DNA from: a virus
DNA length: 64,000 nucleotides
Direction: 5' to 3' (one strand)
IMG/VR virus record: IMGVR_UViG_3300018432_000001
Span: 78,478-142,477 of that record
In this document: piece by piece, positions 47,455 through 55,615 of the stretch
Layout of the letters: every line of letters begins with the position of its first letter
Numbering within the stretch: the first letter of the stretch is position 1
The notes under the pieces: model-generated
The model's input: only the letters and a program-made list of their open reading frames with translations
Told to the model about the DNA's origin: nothing
Database searches by the model: none
Program-made: the position numbers and the translations under genes

Positions 47455-47553
47455 AAGAGCTCCTTCAGAGGGGCGCCGGGGCGCGGTGAGATTGTTTCAC
47501 CCATGGTACGACCGAGGGCCGCCAGCGCGGTGCTGGCGGCCCTAACGGGTCCA

Positions 47554-47589
47554 TGGGTGGGGTGCAGCAGGTTTCGACTACTGCACCCC
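47554..47589 (-). ncRNA. 12-bp stem / 7-nt loop minihelix-like element (candidate)
   Basis: GGGGTGCAGTAG-TCGAAAC-CTGCTGCACCCC-ACCCA. Confidence 0.4.
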
Positions 47590-47654
47590 GTTTCGAGCGG
47601 ACACCCATGATCAAGGCGTTTCTCGTCGCGCCCCGGGAGAGGCACGAGTAGGTG

Positions 47655-47738
47655 ACCCGGGGGCGGCGGTTCGAACGCCGCTCCCGGGGGGAGCCCATCC
47701 TGTGTGCACCAGGGCGGTCTCCATTCGCTACTGCCAGG
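47655..47738 (-). ncRNA. Non-canonical tRNA-like RNA with GCA anticodon and long variable arm
   Basis: TA-GCG-AATGGAGAC-CGC D arm, CCTG-GTGCACA-CAGG, CGGCG-TTCGAAC-CGCCG T arm, imperfect acceptor, U discriminator. Confidence 0.55.
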
Positions 47739-47749
47739 AGAAGGCTACG

Positions 47750-47826
47750 TAGCAGGGGCGGCGGTTGCAGTCGCCGCGCCTTTTTGCGAGTGATACCCAA
47801 GGTCAAGGCATCCATTCGGCCCCGCG
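47750..47826 (-). ncRNA. tRNA-like RNA related to 47655..47738 (candidate)
   Basis: Shares GAATGGA and GCGGCG..AACCGCCGCCCC; terminal GCGGGG/CCCTGC stem. Confidence 0.4.
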
Positions 47827-47847
47827 TCCCGTGAGAGACGCAAGTAG

Positions 47848-47928
47848 TGGTGCGCCTGTGAAAAGACCGCGTCAATCCCATGAACCAGTCTTCCTTCGCA
47901 CAACGGGGGTCGTGCGTGCGCCAGGCGC
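47848..47928 (-). ncRNA. Three-way-junction RNA with a perfect 7-bp acceptor stem and ACCA (candidate)
   Basis: GCGCCTG...CAGGCGC-ACCA enclosing two hairpins. Confidence 0.45.
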
Positions 47929-47977
47929 GACGCAGCACCGACTGTACCGCACCCGTTGCAGATCAGGCGAACAACCC

Positions 47978-48214
47978 TCACGAGTGACGAGTCGAGCGGC
48001 GACGGGCCGCATCGTCGAGGCGCTCGGCCGATCGTTCCTGGGGCGCGTGCGCGCCTTCATGGGCGTCCTCGCGCAGGCACCCCTGCGGGTAGCGGGCCCG
48101 GAAGGCGCGGGCAGTGAGCGCACCGCACCGGCCCGCCTCGGCGGCGTCGCTGCGCCCCCGGGGGACGGTCTCGGTGAACTCCTCGATGGCGATCCGGTCA
48201 AGCCACGCAGTCAT
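47978..48214 (-). CDS. Hypothetical protein
   Basis: ATGA coupling; GGAGG RBS. Confidence 0.5.
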   Translation of the reverse strand: MTAWLDRIAIEEFTETVPRGRSDAAEAGRCGALTARAFRARYPQGCLREDAHEGAHAPQERSAERLDDAARRRSTRHS

Positions 48215-48720
48215 GCTTCCTCCAGCGGTGTCGGCGGCTCCCAGACCCAGTCGGTCGCGCAGACCGTGGCGGGAGGCTCGTAGGCCAACGGAGGACCGGG
48301 CATCGTGTAGGCATCGATGCTGGTACCGCTGGCGGTGAAGGCAAGGACGTAGTCCTCGGGGTCGAGACCCATCTGCTCCAGCTGCGGGCGCAGCAGGTCG
48401 CGGTAGAGCTCGTCGAGTCTCCCCGACATGGCCGTGGCAATCGGGTCCGGAAGCGGCTCGTTGTAGGGCGCGTCGAAGACCTCGCCGGTGGCAGGCACGT
48501 ACTGGCCACGGAACGGCGCGTGATCCATCCAGTGGTTGCCGACGCGCATAGGAGCAATGAGCTCGGGCGGCATCGCCACCATCAGTGCCAGCGGCAGCCG
48601 CTGCAGGTCGGGGTCGTCGCGCATGAGCCGCGCGGTGCGGGCGGTTCCCCACTCCCAGCACCCGCGCACGAAGCGGGCCCGCGCGCCTCGCCGTTCGGCC
48701 TTGGTCGTGCGCTGGCCCAT
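48211..48720 (-). CDS. Hypothetical protein
   Basis: TGATG coupling. Confidence 0.55.
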   Translation of the reverse strand: MGQRTTKAERRGARARFVRGCWEWGTARTARLMRDDPDLQRLPLALMVAMPPELIAPMRVGNHWMDHAPFRGQYVPATGEVFDAPYNEPLPDPIATAMSGRLDELYRDLLRPQLEQMGLDPEDYVLAFTASGTSIDAYTMPGPPLAYEPPATVCATDWVWEPPTPLEEA

Positions 48721-48956
48721 CACAGGGCCTCGTCGATCAGCAGCCGCTCGGTGGGCACGAAGAGGCCCGCGTCCCACCGCCAGACCACCCATTCGGGGGC
48801 GCTTCCTTCGGCGACGGCCGCTTTGATGGCGTCGTACAGCTGCGGCGGGACGATGGTGGGGCGCGGCTGCAGGCTGGCCGCGTACGCGCGACGGCAGTCC
48901 TCGGCGTAGGCCTCGATGGCGGCGAGCACGTCGCCCGTGCTCTGCGGCATGCTCAT
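48720..48956 (-). CDS. Hypothetical protein
   Basis: Coupled ORF. Confidence 0.5.
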   Translation of the reverse strand: MSMPQSTGDVLAAIEAYAEDCRRAYAASLQPRPTIVPPQLYDAIKAAVAEGSAPEWVVWRWDAGLFVPTERLLIDEAL

Positions 48957-49408
48957 GGCCCGGTCACGTCCTTGGTGATGAGCTTGACGTGGGGTCCGAT
49001 GGCCGGGTCCGAGATGCGGTACATGTCGCCGCCGTAGTAGCCGTTGGAGGCGTTGCGGAAGGAGACGGCCGCCGAGACCGGGCCGAAGGCGACGCTGGTG
49101 GTGGTGAGGCGGTACCCGTAGACCTTGACCTCGTCGTAGTCGACGTTGCCCACGCCCTCCTCCCAGGTCTCGGGCCGGTAGCCCGGATCGCCGGGGGAGA
49201 GGTCGACTGCCTCGAAGCCGGTGACGAGTTCACGGGCGAGCAGGTTCTTGACACCGTAAAAATCATGGAAGTAGGAGCGGGAGCAGCAGTCACCTTCGAC
49301 GCAGTAGCCGACCAAGCCCCGGTCGGTGTCGAAGATGAGCTGCTCCTCGCCCATGTAGATCGCATAGATCCGTGCGCCGATGAGCGCGTCGTAGTCGCGG
49401 GGATACAT
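48953..49408 (-). CDS. Conserved phage protein (DCC...SNGYYGG type)
   Basis: GDCCSRSYF and FRNASNGYYGG motifs. Confidence 0.65.
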   Translation of the reverse strand: MYPRDYDALIGARIYAIYMGEEQLIFDTDRGLVGYCVEGDCCSRSYFHDFYGVKNLLARELVTGFEAVDLSPGDPGYRPETWEEGVGNVDYDEVKVYGYRLTTTSVAFGPVSAAVSFRNASNGYYGGDMYRISDPAIGPHVKLITKDVTGP

Positions 49409-49499
49409 GCCCGGCCTCTCACTGGAAGAAAACTCAAGACGCCACGAAAGCGGCGATGTCTCTCATTATCGGACATTCCAGTGTGATTGGGGTATTGCT

Positions 49500-51794
49500 T
49501 TAGCGGTGTGCCGCGAGCCTTTCGGCCAGGCCGGTATGGCGCTTCGTCGCGCTCATCGTTTTCACGGCTTTCGCCAAGGCCTTCGGGGAACCCACGAGCA
49601 CCACCCGCGACTGCGCGCGCGTGATGGCCGTGTAGATCAGGTTCCGCACCAGCATCTGGTACGACTGCATCGTCACCGGGATGACCACGCACGGGTACTG
49701 CGACCCTTGTGACTTGTGGATGGTGATCGCATACGCCAGCGCCAGCTCGCGGATCTCACCGGCGGCGTAGGCGATCGTGTGCCCTTCATCGGTTTCGATG
49801 ACGACGGCCTCGTCGCCGCCTGCCGGGTTGACGCTCACCACCCGCGCCGGGGTGCCGTTGAAGACCCCGGCGTGGCCGCCCCACTCCTCGGGGCCTTTCT
49901 CGTAGTTGTTCTTGACGACCATGACGCGGTCGCCGGGGCGGTAGAGGATCGTGTCCTCGCCGATGCTGGCGTCGTACTCGATGCCCTGGGAGGGGTTGAG
50001 CTCCTGCTGCAGGCGCGCGTTCAACGCGATGACCCCGCAGGAGCCTTTCCGCTGCGGGGTGAGCACCTGGATGTCGCCCGCTTCGATGCCGTCGGCGGCG
50101 AACTGCGCCGGGATGCGCTTGCAGACCATCTCCACCACCCCTTCCGCTGCCTTGTCGGCGTCGGTGAGGGACCAGAAGTGCAGGTCGGGCCAGCCTTTCA
50201 ACACCGGGTAGGTTCCAGCGTTGACCTGGTGAGCGACCTGGACGATCCCCGAAGCCGCCTTCTGCCGGAAGATCTGCGTCAGCGCGGTCGTACAGGCGCG
50301 CCCGGAGGCGATGAGGTCGCGCAGCACACTCCCGGGCCCGACCGAGGGCAACTGGTCGATGTCGCCGACCAGCAGCAGCCGCGCGCCGCGCTTGAGCGCC
50401 CGCGTCAGGTACCGCGCGAGCGAGACGTCGAGCATCGACGACTCGTCGCACACCACCAGGTCGGCGTCCAGCGGATCTTCAGGGCCGACACGAACGCCCC
50501 CGTTCTCGCCGGTGCCCAGGCCGATGAGGCGGTGCACCGTCGCCGCCGGTGCACCGTCGGCCAGCTCGGACATGCGCTTGGCGGCCCGCCCGGTGGGGGC
50601 GCACAACTCCACCCGCCACCGGCAGATCGCGGCGGCCAGCGCCACCGTGGCCACCGTGTGGGACTTGCCCACGCCGGGTCCGCCGGTGAGGACTGTCAAC
50701 GGCTGCTCCAGTACCGCCCGCACCGCCTGCTCCTGCTCGACTGTGAGGCCCCGCTCGCCCAGGAGCCGCTCGATCTGCGCCTGCTGCGGGGGCGAGGGCG
50801 GTGCCACGGTCGCTTCGGCCAGGCGCCGCAGATGCTGCGCCAGGTCGGATTCGAGGTAGTGCATGTGGCTGGTGTACGCCCGCTCCTCCTCCACGACCAG
50901 GCGTTCTTCGTCGACGGCCAGTGTCACAGCCGCCGCGCAGGCGTCGGGCCGCACGCCCAGCAGCCGCGTCGCCTGCTCGACGAGCACCGCGATCGGCAGG
51001 AAGCAGTGCCCCTCGGACTGTGCGGTCTCCAGCGTGTACGCCAGTCCGGCGCTCACCCGCCGGGGGTCGCTGCGCTCCCAGCCCAGGGCCCCCATGGCGA
51101 TCTTGTCGCAGGTGGTGAACCCGATGCCTTTAGCCTTGGTGAGCGCGTATGGGTTGGACTTGATCATCACCGCTCCGTCGGCACCGAACACCTCCCAGAT
51201 CGGGGGCGCCAGCGACGTGGACGCCCCCACTTCCATCAGCGCCAGCGCGATCGCGTGCTGCTTGGCGAGAAGGGTCCAGCCTTCGGCGATCACTTCCAGC
51301 TTCTTGGGGCTGATCCCTTTGACCTCGATCAGCCGCCCGATCTCCTCGTCGAGGATGCGGAGCGTGTCGTCGCCGAAGCGCTCGGCGATCCGCCGGGCGA
51401 TAACGGGGCCGATGCCCTTGATGCGGCCCTTGGCCAGGTACTCCTCGGCCTGTGCCGCATCGGCAGGTGGCTGCGGGGCATAGCTGGTGAACTTGAACTG
51501 GCGCCCCCACTTGGCGTCCTCAACCCACTCGCCGTGGAGGGCGACCATGTCGCCCTCGTGCGGGTCCAGCATCGGTCCGACGGCCTTCTCGATCTGGCCG
51601 TCGGGGCAGCGGATGGACAGGACCGACCAGCCCGACTCGGCCGAGGTAAACGTGACCCGTTCAACCACGGCGCGCATCGCCCCGCTGGTGTCGGCGGACG
51701 CCTCCCCGCCGGGGCGGGGCGCGTTCTTGAACAGCGGCAGGGGCTTTTGGACTTCGAAGGTGAAATCAAGGCCGTCCATGGACGACCTCGACAT
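49500..51794 (-). CDS. recD2: RecD2-like SF1B helicase
   Basis: HhH motifs IKGIGP and GIGF..CD, LTGGPGVGKS, CAPTGRAAKR, DESSM, VGDIDQLPSVGPG, AYAITIHKSQGSQY, YTAITRA. Confidence 0.92.
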   Translation of the reverse strand: MSRSSMDGLDFTFEVQKPLPLFKNAPRPGGEASADTSGAMRAVVERVTFTSAESGWSVLSIRCPDGQIEKAVGPMLDPHEGDMVALHGEWVEDAKWGRQFKFTSYAPQPPADAAQAEEYLAKGRIKGIGPVIARRIAERFGDDTLRILDEEIGRLIEVKGISPKKLEVIAEGWTLLAKQHAIALALMEVGASTSLAPPIWEVFGADGAVMIKSNPYALTKAKGIGFTTCDKIAMGALGWERSDPRRVSAGLAYTLETAQSEGHCFLPIAVLVEQATRLLGVRPDACAAAVTLAVDEERLVVEEERAYTSHMHYLESDLAQHLRRLAEATVAPPSPPQQAQIERLLGERGLTVEQEQAVRAVLEQPLTVLTGGPGVGKSHTVATVALAAAICRWRVELCAPTGRAAKRMSELADGAPAATVHRLIGLGTGENGGVRVGPEDPLDADLVVCDESSMLDVSLARYLTRALKRGARLLLVGDIDQLPSVGPGSVLRDLIASGRACTTALTQIFRQKAASGIVQVAHQVNAGTYPVLKGWPDLHFWSLTDADKAAEGVVEMVCKRIPAQFAADGIEAGDIQVLTPQRKGSCGVIALNARLQQELNPSQGIEYDASIGEDTILYRPGDRVMVVKNNYEKGPEEWGGHAGVFNGTPARVVSVNPAGGDEAVVIETDEGHTIAYAAGEIRELALAYAITIHKSQGSQYPCVVIPVTMQSYQMLVRNLIYTAITRAQSRVVLVGSPKALAKAVKTMSATKRHTGLAERLAAHR

Positions 51795-52317
51795 CGGGCC
51801 ACGGATCGGCGTCCTCGTCGCGCCACACCTCGATCAGCGGGTCCCCGAACGGCTGCCCGTTGTTGTAGACGGCGCCGTCAGGCGACACGGGCTCCAGGTG
51901 CCAGATGGTCCAGTCCACCCCGTTCCCGAACGAGATCGTCCGCTCCTCGGGCGCGACCAGGATCTGGGTCACCGACGGCGCCAGACCATCGGGGAACAAC
52001 CGCTTGTGCAGCTCGTCGAGGATGGGGTGGAGCTCGCGGCGCATCTGCGGCTGCGGCTCGTACGCCTTGGGTTCGGGCCAGTACGTCTGGGCGCCCCCGC
52101 GCTGCATGCTCATGAGGTTCTGCATGCGCTCCCACACCCCCGGGTCGGCCTCGAACAGGCGCTGGGCGTCCCGGAACAGGCTCAGGCGCCGCACTTCCTG
52201 CTCCTGGCCGTTCACGGCCGGGAAGCTGGCGTTCACCTGCGCGGCGTCCACGGTCATCGACTGCAGCGATTCGTCCCGCGTGCCGTCGTCCAGCAGCGGC
52301 ACCAGTTCTACCAGCAT
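51766..52317 (-). CDS. Hypothetical protein
   Basis: AAGGAGG RBS before MLVELV. Confidence 0.6.
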   Translation of the reverse strand: MLVELVPLLDDGTRDESLQSMTVDAAQVNASFPAVNGQEQEVRRLSLFRDAQRLFEADPGVWERMQNLMSMQRGGAQTYWPEPKAYEPQPQMRRELHPILDELHKRLFPDGLAPSVTQILVAPEERTISFGNGVDWTIWHLEPVSPDGAVYNNGQPFGDPLIEVWRDEDADPWPDVEVVHGRP

Positions 52318-52345
52318 GTGTTCCTCCTTGAAGTCGGGCGCGCAT

Positions 52346-52540
52346 CTACGCCAGCGGGTCCTTGTCGTCGGTCTCAGGTTGCTCGGCGCTCCAGCCACAC
52401 CAGGCGCACATCCCCCGGTACACACTCGTCGCCAGGTTCTCGCAGCCGCGCGCCGGTTGGCACGCGAAGCAGCGCACCAGGAAGAACCGGCCCTCCGCAT
52501 TGCGGAAATTCGGACGCCGGTCATTGACATGCGCGCTCAT
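52346..52540 (-). CDS. Small Zn-ribbon protein
   Basis: RCFAC...EN....CAWCGW. Confidence 0.55.
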   Translation of the reverse strand: MSAHVNDRRPNFRNAEGRFFLVRCFACQPARGCENLATSVYRGMCAWCGWSAEQPETDDKDPLA

Positions 52541-52740
52541 GCGATCGCAGCAGCCGGTTCGTTCGCGACCATGACCTGCTCGGCGATCAGCTCCAGGCGC
52601 ACGAGGGAATGCCCACCTCGCGCGAGTACTTCGACGCTTTCCATCAGGACGCTGCGTCCGATCCCGGGGACCTCGACGCCGTCGATGATCAGCCGGAAGT
52701 TGCGCCGGTCAGCGTTGATGATGGTGATCTCTTTGGCCAT
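52537..52740 (-). CDS. Hypothetical protein (leaderless)
   Basis: TAAGTT-6nt-ATG. Confidence 0.55.
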   Translation of the reverse strand: MAKEITIINADRRNFRLIIDGVEVPGIGRSVLMESVEVLARGGHSLVRLELIAEQVMVANEPAAAIA

Positions 52741-52760
52741 CGCGCGAACTTACCGCACAT

Positions 52761-53156
52761 TTAGGCCGATTCTTCACCATTGCGGGGTTCATCGACGTGG
52801 CGTCCCTGCGCGTTCCCGCACTCGCCGCGATGCTCGAAGCAGTACGTCGGCGAGATCGTGGCCGCATAGTTCTCCACCACCTCCTCGGCGACCGAACTGG
52901 CCGTCGTACCGAACGGCAGGCGCGCAGCGAACCGGCGCAACCGCGCCGCCGTCTCCGTATCCACGGTCAGCGCCAACGGGACCGGCCCGTCGTAGCCGGG
53001 GATGCGGCCGATCGCCAGCTCGGCGGCCACCCCCAGCGCCGCCGACAAGATCGCGATCTCCGAGGGCCCCAGCACGGCAACCCCGTTCTTGACGTGCAGC
53101 TCGATCTCGTTGTCGGCGGCGCGGCTCGTCACGCGCCACGGCGGGTCAAGATTCAT
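52761..53156 (-). CDS. Hypothetical protein with an RHH-like segment
   Basis: LALTVDTETAARLRRFAA...ASSVAEEVV. Confidence 0.5.
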   Translation of the reverse strand: MNLDPPWRVTSRAADNEIELHVKNGVAVLGPSEIAILSAALGVAAELAIGRIPGYDGPVPLALTVDTETAARLRRFAARLPFGTTASSVAEEVVENYAATISPTYCFEHRGECGNAQGRHVDEPRNGEESA

Positions 53157-53364
53157 GATCGTCCTGTTCGCTGTCGATGGTGATCCGGCCGTTCGTGATG
53201 GTGAGGTCACCGTGGATGGTGTTGGCGGCGATGACCGTGCCGGGCCCGCTAGCCGTGATGATGACCGAGGCGTCCCCATTGCGGTATACGCGCCGCTGCT
53301 GCTCCTGACGGTCGAGCTTCGCGGCCTTGCGCCGCAGATGCCGCAGCCGCAACCAGCTAAACAT
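53146..53364 (-). CDS. Hypothetical protein
   Basis: Overlap-coupled ORF. Confidence 0.5.
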   Translation of the reverse strand: MFSWLRLRHLRRKAAKLDRQEQQRRVYRNGDASVIITASGPGTVIAANTIHGDLTITNGRITIDSEQDDHES

Positions 53365-53686
53365 CGCGCTGGCCCCGGTACGCTGCGGCTTCGGCTTCGG
53401 CCGCCTGCCGGGCCTGCTCGATCTTCCGTTCGCGTTCAGGCCGCTCGCGCGCCTCGGTGCGCATCTCCCGGTGTGTCTCCACGACCTCGTTGACCGAGTG
53501 GATCAGCATGAACGCTCCGGCGCTCCCCATCAGATACGCGACTCCGTACACGCGAACCTCACTGGCCGAGTACGACACCGGGAGCAGAGCGCTGAACACG
53601 GCAAAGCACGCACCGAAACCGGCCATGCCGCCCAAGGTGATGAGGGCCGATTCGAACAGGCGCCTGCGGGGACTGCGCTCACGCAT
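53357..53686 (-). CDS. Membrane protein
   Basis: Two hydrophobic helices and a charged tail. Confidence 0.55.
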   Translation of the reverse strand: MRERSPRRRLFESALITLGGMAGFGACFAVFSALLPVSYSASEVRVYGVAYLMGSAGAFMLIHSVNEVVETHREMRTEARERPERERKIEQARQAAEAEAAAYRGQRDV

Positions 53687-54209
53687 CGGGTTCGACCTCG
53701 CCGTCGCGCAGCTCGCCCATTCGCTCCCGCAGCGCCTCCAGGTACTGCTCGCAGTCAGCTGCCTGGTGCGCCAGCAGTATGTATTCGGCGGCATCCTCGG
53801 AGCGCACGCCCACCACATCGAGCGGACCCTCCGGATTGAACGCCTTCACGAAGTGGTCGTTGCCTTCGGTGTGGCGCTGGCGCAAGCGTAGGAAGCACGC
53901 GACCGCGCAGTTCACGTGCGCGCCCTCCCGCAGCCCCGGGATACCGATCACGAGGTGGACGACGAAGACCGCCACCTGCAGGATCATCCACCCCAGCAGG
54001 AGACCGAGCCCTATCTCGCCGAGGCCGAACTGCTGGGCCGCATTGAATCCCAAGATGACGGCGAGGGCGACGCCGACCAGGATGTAAGCGATGGTCCACC
54101 GCCGCAGGGAGCGGGCTCGCCGCAGATGCTGCGTGGTGTCCTCGGGTGTGGGCGGCTGCAGCAGCAGCCACTGGCCCCGCCGTTCCATTGTGGTTTCCGG
54201 TTCAGTCAC
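53679..54209 (-). CDS. Membrane protein
   Basis: Two TM helices. Confidence 0.55.
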   Translation of the reverse strand: MTEPETTMERRGQWLLLQPPTPEDTTQHLRRARSLRRWTIAYILVGVALAVILGFNAAQQFGLGEIGLGLLLGWMILQVAVFVVHLVIGIPGLREGAHVNCAVACFLRLRQRHTEGNDHFVKAFNPEGPLDVVGVRSEDAAEYILLAHQAADCEQYLEALRERMGELRDGEVEPDA

Positions 54210-54423
54210 TGACCCACTCCTCGATGAGGTACCAGCCGAGGAAGACGACGGCGAAGCAGATGAGGGCGCACAGCCACAGCGGCAGCACCGCCCCGAACAC
54301 CGGCTCGTCGAGCCACCACAGCAAGAAGGTCAGCGCTGCCGCCACCACCACCTTGAGCACGAACTCCAAGGCCTCCTCCATCAGGAACTCGGCGACGGCG
54401 CGGCGCCTGCGGTAGTACGCCAT
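54202..54423 (-). CDS. Small membrane protein
   Basis: Two TM helices; TGATG coupling. Confidence 0.55.
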   Translation of the reverse strand: MAYYRRRRAVAEFLMEEALEFVLKVVVAAALTFLLWWLDEPVFGAVLPLWLCALICFAVVFLGWYLIEEWVSD

Positions 54424-54848
54424 CAGAACTCCTGCTCCCGTCGGGCCTGCTGCTCGGCGGCCAGCTGGGCACGCCGCGCCGCGTGCGCGCGCTGGATGTC
54501 GCGCCGTGCCATCCACCAGTTCGCCCCGATCGCCCCGGCCCAGCACGCGGCGAACATGCTCAACCGCACCACGATCGCCAGCTGCAGCTCCTCGGTCGTG
54601 AAGTCCGCGTCGCTGGGAACCGGTCCTCCCAGCAGGAACAGGAGGTTGACCAGGTAGTACACCCCCAGCATCAGGAACGCCTGGCACAACCCTCGGAAGA
54701 TGTGACGCCCCCACATCCAGCGGTTCTGGCGCCGGTTCTCATGGAGAACCTCTTCGAGGGCGTTGCGTTCGATCTCGTCGAACTGGTCTTCGGTCTCTTC
54801 CATAGTCCGCTCAAACGTCCGGTCTTTATCGTTGCTCTGTGTCATCAT
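54423..54848 (-). CDS. Membrane protein
   Basis: Two TM helices. Confidence 0.55.
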   Translation of the reverse strand: MMTQSNDKDRTFERTMEETEDQFDEIERNALEEVLHENRRQNRWMWGRHIFRGLCQAFLMLGVYYLVNLLFLLGGPVPSDADFTTEELQLAIVVRLSMFAACWAGAIGANWWMARRDIQRAHAARRAQLAAEQQARREQEF

Positions 54849-54863
54849 GGCCTTTCTCGATCA

Positions 54864-55250
54864 TCACTGCGGTACCGCTAGGGTGTCGGCAAGCCCGACC
54901 AGCCACGCGCCAGCGAGCACGCGCTCGGGCGTCGGGTTAAGGACGTCAACGAGGACGAGGTCCAGAGCCCCCGGGGCGGCCATGGGCGTGTAGTTGAACG
55001 TCACCGTCCAATCCTCCGTCTTGATGGCCGCGCTCGACGACCACAGCGGCCTGGTGTACGTCCGCGCGCATGTGACACTGCCGAGGTAGGGCAGGTCGGT
55101 GACGCCGCGTCGGACTAGGGAGTAGTACGTCGTCTCGGAGGCGATCCTGCTGTCGCAGTATCTGCGTTCGAGGATAATCCCTGCGCGCAGCGCCCTCTCC
55201 AGCAGCGCCCGCCACTGCGCCGGGGCGTCACTCATCGCCGAGGTGCTCAT
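54864..55250 (-). CDS. Hypothetical protein
   Basis: ORF within the operon. Confidence 0.5.
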   Translation of the reverse strand: MSTSAMSDAPAQWRALLERALRAGIILERRYCDSRIASETTYYSLVRRGVTDLPYLGSVTCARTYTRPLWSSSAAIKTEDWTVTFNYTPMAAPGALDLVLVDVLNPTPERVLAGAWLVGLADTLAVPQ

Positions 55251-55587
55251 CGACAGCCTGCGCCAGGACCGCGAACTGGTCGCCCAGCGGCAGCTCGATG
55301 TGCGCGAACCGTTCGGGAGTGGTCACGCAGCACTGGTGCGCGAACAGCTCGGCGAGGAACGCGTCCGTGCCCTGGCCGGGACAGGCGTGGGACAGGGCGA
55401 ACATGTCCCACTGCATCTGCGCCATCAGCGTCGCCGTGTAGGCCGCGAAGTGCTGCAGGTCGTCCTTGCCGCAGTCGTCGGGCTCACCGGGCAGGCAGCG
55501 GCCCACGGAGATGCCGAGCGCTTCGATCGCGGCACGCTTTGCCTCGGTGGCCTTGCGCCAGCTCTGCGCCAATGTGTCGCCGGTCAT
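55228..55587 (-). CDS. Hypothetical protein
   Basis: ORF with a purine-rich RBS. Confidence 0.5.
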   Translation of the reverse strand: MTGDTLAQSWRKATEAKRAAIEALGISVGRCLPGEPDDCGKDDLQHFAAYTATLMAQMQWDMFALSHACPGQGTDAFLAELFAHQCCVTTPERFAHIELPLGDQFAVLAQAVDEHLGDE

Positions 55588-55615
55588 GATGATCTCTCTT
55601 TCCGTAATTGATTGG

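Noticed and set aside
47559-47580. tmRNA 5'-end-like GGGG..GGTTTCGAC on the + strand
   Set aside because: It is locked in a local hairpin; no tag reading frame or matching tmRNA 3' end was found
49716-52115. Long opposite-strand ORFs (also 14290..16314, 35140..36768, 44555..46000, 2930..4387)
   Set aside because: Shadows of well-supported genes in high-GC DNA; no recognisable motifs
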